Program-made: the position numbers and the translations under genes
The notes under the pieces: model-generated
Told to the model about the DNA's origin: nothing
The model's input: only the letters and a program-made list of their open reading frames with translations
Databases searched by the model: none
Shown here: positions 38,694 through 44,375 of the stretch, in pieces
Numbering within the stretch: position 1 is the stretch's first letter
How the letters are laid out: every line of letters starts with the position of its first letter
DNA from: Candidatus Brocadiia bacterium
GTDB lineage: Bacteria > Planctomycetota > Brocadiia > SM23-32
NCBI GenBank assembly: GCA_046538485.1
Contig: JBKHIT010000040.1
Coordinates: 1-44,375, forward strand
Direction of reading: 5' to 3'
Length of the DNA stretch: 44,375 bases

Positions 38694-39254
38694 ATGGATT
38701 TAGATGAAGTTTTGCTTGATGCTGACGACCGAATGGGAAAAGCCGTCGATGTGTTCAAAGATGGTTTAAAAGGTATCCGAGCCGGGACAGCCAATCCCGG
38801 TTTAGTGGAGTCGGTTCGAGTTGATTATTATGGTTCGCAAACGCCGCTTCAGCAACTTGCCAACATCGGTGTGCCCGATCCGCAGCTGATTGTCATCAAG
38901 CCTTACGATCCCTCTTCCGTTGAGGATATTGTGAAGGCCATTCAGAAGAGCGATATCGGGATTAATCCTCAGTCGGATGGGAAAGTTGTCCGTCTGCAGA
39001 TTCCGGGTTTGAGTGAAGAACGCCGCCAGCAACTCGCGCAGCGGGTGAAAGAGATGGCGGAAGAAGCCAGGATTGCGATTCGGAATATCCGACGCGACGG
39101 AAATAAAGAAATTCAGAAGCTCGAGAAAGCATCAAAGATCAGCGAAGACGCCTGCGATGGGGCAAAAGAAGAAATTCAGGAGTTTACGGACGACTATATC
39201 GAGGAGGTGGACGAGCTGATGGAGAAGAAGACCGAAGATATCATGAAAGTTTGA
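38694..39254 (+). CDS. frr: Ribosome recycling factor
   Basis: IRAGTANP, VDYYG, LSEERR, IRNIRRD. Confidence 0.96.
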   Translation: MDLDEVLLDADDRMGKAVDVFKDGLKGIRAGTANPGLVESVRVDYYGSQTPLQQLANIGVPDPQLIVIKPYDPSSVEDIVKAIQKSDIGINPQSDGKVVRLQIPGLSEERRQQLAQRVKEMAEEARIAIRNIRRDGNKEIQKLEKASKISEDACDGAKEEIQEFTDDYIEEVDELMEKKTEDIMKV

Positions 39255-39333
39255 TGCCGCGTGGGTTGCCTGAAAGCAGGACGTATTTGTTCTTCCCGTG
39301 ACTGCCAACGAGATTGAGGGCCGAGATCTGCCT

Positions 39334-39927
39334 ATGACGGTTCCGAACGTTCTCACCATTTGTCGGCTTTTCCTGGCGCCGGTATTTATTGCATTTTTTG
39401 TTATTAACCGCCCCTGGGCTGCGATTGTGGCTCTGGTGGTTGCGGTTCTTTTTGAGATAACGGATCTGCTCGATGGATACATCGCCCGCCATTTTGACCA
39501 GGTCAGCTCACTGGGCAAACTGATCGATCCGCTGGCCGACAGCGTAGCGCGATTCAGCGTTTTTCTTGCGTTTGTCACCGAAGAAAGCGTTGCCGGAGAT
39601 CCATGGCCTGTATTGCTTGTTGCGTTTATTTTTTATCGTGACGCGATCGTGGCCTACATGCGGACTTTCGCGGCTTCCACCGGCGTGGTAATGGCTGCTC
39701 GGTTCAGCGGGAAACTCAAAGCGGTCGTGCAGGGGATCGGGATTTTTACCTTTCTAACAGTCCGAACTGTCTCGTTTTACCATGAACCTCTGCGACAATA
39801 CCGACCGGTCGTCTTCTACTGTGTTATGATTCCAATTGTTCTGGTGACCGTGGGATCGGCTTTTGACTACGTGCTTTCGAACCGGTCTGCGATTGTACAG
39901 ATGGCCCGCCGAGATGAAGAAGAGTGA
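39334..39927 (+). CDS. pgsA: CDP-alcohol phosphatidyltransferase (PgsA-like)
   Basis: PNVLTICR, TDLLDGYIAR..GKLIDPLAD, GKLKAVVQ. Confidence 0.85.
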   Translation: MTVPNVLTICRLFLAPVFIAFFVINRPWAAIVALVVAVLFEITDLLDGYIARHFDQVSSLGKLIDPLADSVARFSVFLAFVTEESVAGDPWPVLLVAFIFYRDAIVAYMRTFAASTGVVMAARFSGKLKAVVQGIGIFTFLTVRTVSFYHEPLRQYRPVVFYCVMIPIVLVTVGSAFDYVLSNRSAIVQMARRDEEE

Positions 39928-40037
39928 TTTTTCCAAATTAGAATTTTCTTTCCAACAGCGGGGAACCGGTGGGACTTTAAAGACGTCCACTTTGAAACGT
40001 ATGTTTTGACTTTATTTTCCCGATTGTTTCATTAGTC

Positions 40038-40066
40038 TTGAAACAACGAGGGCGGACCTTTATAAT
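40038..40066 (+). promoter_or_regulatory. Sigma70 promoter of the pyrophosphatase gene
   Basis: TTGAAA-17 nt-TATAAT. Confidence 0.75.
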
Positions 40067-40291
40067 CTGCCTTCGTTTTGCCGGAATGGAAGGCTGATTC
40101 GCGATACTGAAAGTATTCCCAGCGGTGGTAAAAATAGAAAACGGCCCACGAGATGCGGGCCAGCAGGCCAATGTTGGTACAAAAGTAGTGCTTGAGCCTT
40201 ATCCCACACGACAATCCCCGTTATCCTTCCGAAAATCACCGCTTGTGTTGTTCTTTTCCGAAAGCACCCTATCTGATCTGGAGGACGTTTG

Positions 40292-42805
40292 ATGTTTGCC
40301 AGCGGACCCATTGAGAAAAAGCAAGCTTGCCGTAAGTTTACAGGTATCTGGACCGCGATTGTGGGCCTTCTGATGGTCCTGACATCCGCAATGGCGGGTG
40401 AGGCCCCGGCTGCGGGAACTGACGGGATTATGGATGGAGTTCCGTGGCTCTGGGTTATTGCCCCGATCGGGTCGATTCTCGGCCTGCTGTGCGCGTTTAT
40501 ATTCTTCCGCCAGTTGCTCAAAGCGGACGAAGGCACCGAGACGATGAAGAAGATTGCTCAGCACGTCCGAGATGGTGCAAATGCGTATTTGCGTCGACAG
40601 TATAAAATTGTGGCGGTTGTTTTTGTGCTGCTCATCGTTCTGTTTGCAGTTTTGGGGTGGCTCGGCCTGATGAAACCGCTCACGCCCGTCATGTTCGTGA
40701 TCGGCGGGTTTTTCAGTGCCCTATCGGGATGGATCGGGATGCGCGCGGCAACGCAGGCGTCAGCACGCACGACCAACAAAGCTCGTGAAAGCCTCAACGG
40801 CGGGCTTAAAGTGGCTTTTCGAAGCGGGGCTGTGTTGGGTTTGGTTGTGGTGGGATTCGGGTTGCTCAACATCGCCGTGTGGTATCTTGTCCTGCTTTTG
40901 ATTTATAAGAATCAGGTTTTCGGTTTGGGTGAAGGTTTGAACCGAGCGGAAATGTTCCAGGAAATCACTGCAACGCTGCTCACGTTTGGTATCGGCGCAT
41001 CCACAATGGCTTTGTTTGCGCGCGTAGGAGGTGGCATCTATACGAAAGCTGCCGACGTCGGGGCGGACCTTGTGGGGAAAGTGGAAGCTGGAATACCCGA
41101 AGATGACCCTCGCAACCCGGCGACAATCGCCGATAATGTCGGTGACAACGTCGGTGATGTGGCGGGGATGGGGGCTGATCTGTATGAATCTTATGTCGGT
41201 TCAATTCTGGCGACGACGGCTCTTGGTGCAGCATTGGCGACCAGCACCGAAGTTTTCCGGTCTTTCTACATTGTTGCTCCAATGGTGGTGGCTGGTATAG
41301 GAATAATTCTCAGCCTCATAGGCGTGTTTATGGTTCGTTGTAAGGAGGAAGCCACGCAGAAAAACCTTCTGCGGGCGTTGCTTATGGGGACCCTTGGCGC
41401 GACAGTCCTGGTGGCTGTTGCGGTTGCGGTGCTCGCGGGGACAACGGAACTGAGCTGGGGTATTTTCGGAGCCGTGATCGTCGGGCTCGCGGCCGGATTT
41501 ATCATTGGACAGTCCACCGAGTGGTTTACGGCGGACGAATATCGCTGGACTCGGGGTGTGGCCGAACAGTCGGAGATGGGGCCTGCCCCGACGATTATTG
41601 AAGGCATTGCTGTGGGGATGCTTTCGAGTGCCATCCCGGTTATTACGGTGGTGGTGGGTATAGTGGTGGCGTTTGGTCTTGCGGGGGGCTTTACGGATAT
41701 GAACGCTGGACTTTATGGAGTCGGGTTTGCCGCGGTGGGGATGCTTTCGACGCTCGGAATCACGCTGGCCACAGATGCTTACGGACCGGTGGCGGATAAC
41801 GCCGGTGGAAACGCGGAGATGAGTGGGTTGCCGCCCGAGGTCCGCGAGCGGACGGATGCGCTGGATGCCCTGGGGAACACCACGGCCGCAACAGGGAAAG
41901 GTTTTGCGATTGGTTCTGCGGCCCTGACTGCTTTGTCGCTGCTGGCAGCATATGTGGCAATGATGCCGGGGTTGATGGGCAACCTTGCGAAGGAATCCCC
42001 TGATGGCCTGTATCGGTTGCCAGCAACGAAGACCGCATTCTATGTTGGGGACAATGTTCCGGAAGTTGCCAGTAATCTAAGCGAGGAATGGGCGGTTTTC
42101 AACGCGCATAAAGTGACAATCGGTAAGATGACGGAAGCATTCGACCTCACGTTGCTCAATCCTACTTTGCTGGGCGGGTTGTTCCTGGGGGCCATGATGG
42201 CGTTTGTCTTCTGTGGTCTGACGATGCGAGCGGTGGGGCGATCGGCGGGGGAGATGGTAGCCGAGACCCGCCGTCAATTTAAAAAATTGCGTCAGAAACT
42301 AGTTTCGGACGGAATGAGCGAAGAAGAAGCGCGCGATCCTGACAACTGGCCGGAACGAGTTGAAGTGGAGGGGGAGTCAATTCCGAATTACACCGACTGT
42401 GTGAAGATCGCGACGAAAGGTGCCCAGAAGGAAATGGTTGTGCCGTCGCTGCTGGCGATCGTTGTTCCCGTTGTTGTCGGTCTGGTTCTGGGCGTTTCTG
42501 GCGTTGTCGGTCTCCTGGCTGGAGCGCTTGTAACCGGTCTCAGCCTGGCATGTCTGCTGAACAATGGAGGCGGCACGTGGGACAACGCGAAGAAGTGGAT
42601 TGAGAAGGGAAATTTAGGCGGCAAAGGGTCCGACGCGCACAAAGCCAGCGTCGTCGGCGATACCGTGGGAGATCCGTTCAAGGATACTTCCGGACCCAGC
42701 CTGAATATTCTCATCAAGTTGATGGCGATGGTATCAGTAGCATTTGCAGGATTTGTGGTTGCGCTTTCGCCCGCCATCCAGAAGCTTTTGCACCTGGGAG
42801 GATAG
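40292..42805 (+). CDS. hppA: Membrane-bound pyrophosphatase, K+-dependent type, probably Na+-translocating
   Basis: GGGIYTKAADVGADLVGKVE, DNVGDNVGD, ADLYESY, GNTTAA (Ala variant = K+-dependent), GDTVGDPFKD. Confidence 0.95.
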   Translation: MFASGPIEKKQACRKFTGIWTAIVGLLMVLTSAMAGEAPAAGTDGIMDGVPWLWVIAPIGSILGLLCAFIFFRQLLKADEGTETMKKIAQHVRDGANAYLRRQYKIVAVVFVLLIVLFAVLGWLGLMKPLTPVMFVIGGFFSALSGWIGMRAATQASARTTNKARESLNGGLKVAFRSGAVLGLVVVGFGLLNIAVWYLVLLLIYKNQVFGLGEGLNRAEMFQEITATLLTFGIGASTMALFARVGGGIYTKAADVGADLVGKVEAGIPEDDPRNPATIADNVGDNVGDVAGMGADLYESYVGSILATTALGAALATSTEVFRSFYIVAPMVVAGIGIILSLIGVFMVRCKEEATQKNLLRALLMGTLGATVLVAVAVAVLAGTTELSWGIFGAVIVGLAAGFIIGQSTEWFTADEYRWTRGVAEQSEMGPAPTIIEGIAVGMLSSAIPVITVVVGIVVAFGLAGGFTDMNAGLYGVGFAAVGMLSTLGITLATDAYGPVADNAGGNAEMSGLPPEVRERTDALDALGNTTAATGKGFAIGSAALTALSLLAAYVAMMPGLMGNLAKESPDGLYRLPATKTAFYVGDNVPEVASNLSEEWAVFNAHKVTIGKMTEAFDLTLLNPTLLGGLFLGAMMAFVFCGLTMRAVGRSAGEMVAETRRQFKKLRQKLVSDGMSEEEARDPDNWPERVEVEGESIPNYTDCVKIATKGAQKEMVVPSLLAIVVPVVVGLVLGVSGVVGLLAGALVTGLSLACLLNNGGGTWDNAKKWIEKGNLGGKGSDAHKASVVGDTVGDPFKDTSGPSLNILIKLMAMVSVAFAGFVVALSPAIQKLLHLGG

Positions 42806-42809
42806 TGAG

Positions 42810-43181
42810 TTGACCGATTCTGACGCGGAGGAGTTGTCTCGGCGTTGTGCGCACGCTCTGGATGAGAAGCAAGCGGACCGTATACTGTTACTGCACGTCC
42901 GGGAATTGACGACCATCTGCGATTACTTTTTAATCGCCACCGGACGAAATGCTCGCCATTTGAAGGCTCTGGCGCGCGAGCTGGAAGACATCGTTGACCG
43001 GGCGGGCCGAGAGATCTATGGCGAGGAGGGGACTGCGGAAAGTGGTTGGATTCTGCTGGATCTTGGCGAGGTGGTTGTCCATCTGTTCGATCCAGAAAGG
43101 CGGGAACTCTACAATTTGGAACTCCTATGGGGCGATGCGGAAAGACTGGGGTGGTCGGAGGTCTCTTCGGGACCGGGTTAG
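42810..43181 (+). CDS. rsfS: Ribosome silencing factor RsfS
   Basis: DYFLIATG, GWILLDLGEVVVHLF, RELYNLELLWGD; TTG start after GGAGGA. Confidence 0.93.
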   Translation: MTDSDAEELSRRCAHALDEKQADRILLLHVRELTTICDYFLIATGRNARHLKALARELEDIVDRAGREIYGEEGTAESGWILLDLGEVVVHLFDPERRELYNLELLWGDAERLGWSEVSSGPG

Positions 43182-43206
43182 GTAGAACAACCGACTTTTG
43201 CGGCAT

Positions 43207-43240
43207 AAAAAAACGCATCCGGGCGGATGCGTTTTTGTTT
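43207..43240. terminator. Bidirectional intrinsic terminator
   Basis: AAAAACGCATCC-GGGC-GGATGCGTTTTT between convergent genes. Confidence 0.85.
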
Positions 43241-43262
43241 TGAACTATGATGTTTTGATCGG

Positions 43263-44069
43263 TTACGGGGCCGGCTCAAACCCCAGTCGTTCGCGAATTG
43301 TCGCCGTTCCCTTCAGGCCCGGTTTGAGGTCGAGGGCATCCTGAAAAACATCTGTGGCCGTTTCTTCATCGCCCATTTTCAGGTGGACTTCCGCGATTTT
43401 CTTCAGGATGAACGCTTTCTCGCTCCGATCGACATCGAACTGAAGGATTCGCTCGTAGAAATTGATTTCTTCTTGAGGACTTTTCGCCTCACGGGGGAGT
43501 TTCCGGCTGTATAGCTTTTTGAGCCGGACTTCCACTTCTTCGACGAAGTAACGATGTCGCGGTGGTTCTTTTTCACGTTCGTAAAGCTCTTCGTAGAATT
43601 TCGTGGCTTCCCGGTTGCGCTCAGCAGCCTCCAGATGCTCAGCGAGCAAAAACAGGCAGTCGAGGTAATCGCGCGTATCGAGGTGTTCGTCCAGGTCACA
43701 TACCCCTTCAACGAAAAGCTGGTCATATATTTCCAGAGCTTCCGATCGTTCTCCGTCAAGGAGATGGCCGAACATCTTTTTGACCTGAGATTCTTCAGTG
43801 CGTTCTTTGATAGCGACCGCCGTTTGCTCGTAATCAGGCGTTGCCTGAAGGAGCACATCGTAACGAGCTCGCTCTCGTTCGTTGCTCAGCACACGGTAGG
43901 CATTCATCACCTCTTTGAGACGCTTTGTCGCTTTTTTCTTGGAATCTTTACGGTTTGTGTCGGGATGATAGCGTTTTGCGAGCTCCCGAAAAGCGCATTT
44001 GATGTCAGCCTGGGAGGCGTCCTGGTCTATGTTCAAAACTTCGTAATAGCTTTTTTGTTCAGTTGCCAT
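43263..44069 (-). CDS. J-domain (DnaJ-like) protein with TPR-like C-terminus
   Basis: YYEVLNI, KRYHPD, AYRVLS..RARYD; helical TPR-like remainder. Confidence 0.85.
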   Translation of the reverse strand: MATEQKSYYEVLNIDQDASQADIKCAFRELAKRYHPDTNRKDSKKKATKRLKEVMNAYRVLSNERERARYDVLLQATPDYEQTAVAIKERTEESQVKKMFGHLLDGERSEALEIYDQLFVEGVCDLDEHLDTRDYLDCLFLLAEHLEAAERNREATKFYEELYEREKEPPRHRYFVEEVEVRLKKLYSRKLPREAKSPQEEINFYERILQFDVDRSEKAFILKKIAEVHLKMGDEETATDVFQDALDLKPGLKGTATIRERLGFEPAP

Positions 44070-44262
44070 TTTGTGTTATTGCTATTGGAGAACGTCTTGA
44101 GATGAGACTCTTTTCCCTTTAATGAGTCGACAAGGGATCTCGGTATCTTGTTAGCCGAGAGAAGAACCAAACTCAATCTTCTACATGAACAGAAACGTTT
44201 GACAATCGATTGCTTACCTGTAGTTCCCGATACTGGGATAAACACTCTTAAAGCAAAAAGTT

Positions 44263-44291
44263 ATTCTAACAAAAAAAGCGCGGTTCGTCAA
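44263..44291 (-). promoter_or_regulatory. Putative sigma70 promoter of the J-domain gene
   Basis: TTGACG-17 nt-TAGAAT with extended -10 TG. Confidence 0.55.
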
Positions 44292-44375
44292 TACTTAAAA
44301 TTCCTGACTCCCACATGAAAGGTAACTATTCGGTAAAGTGCGTGGCCTTGCAACCAGCTTTCTGGTTTCGGGGGC

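Overview
Bacterial chromosomal window, about 55% GC. The DUF1559 pilin-like gene, the cytoplasmic sulfatases and ceramidase-like hydrolases, and the tRNA-Asp form suggest a PVC-group (Planctomycete-like) anaerobe; this is inference. Left to right it holds: a partial PQ-loop membrane protein, a large secreted clan GH-A glycosidase, tRNA-Asp, DUF72, a DUF1559 protein, a PfkB kinase plus URO-D-like pair, hypFCDE, nth, a Cys/Met PLP enzyme, an orphan Flp pilin, a phosphohexomutase, cobD, an AT-rich metallophosphoesterase, a fucose-isomerase/sulfatase/ceramidase-like catabolic cluster, class II ribonucleotide reductase, a Gfo/Idh/MocA oxidoreductase, tRNA-Ser, moaC-MOSC-mog, rpsB-tsf-pyrH-frr-pgsA, a membrane pyrophosphatase, rsfS and a J-domain protein. 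No transposase, integrase or CRISPR array is visible. The unexplained signals are non-coding: (1) a ~300-nt highly structured element at 33985-34290 containing a hammerhead-like junction with a variant core; (2) a 55-bp inverted repeat pair 9.2 kb apart; (3) a 20-bp motif shared upstream of the tRNA-Ser and rpsB promoters; (4) a structured leader plus operator upstream of the pyrophosphatase; (5) MITE-like elements bounded by TAGCC...GGCTA. All folding and comparisons were done by eye.
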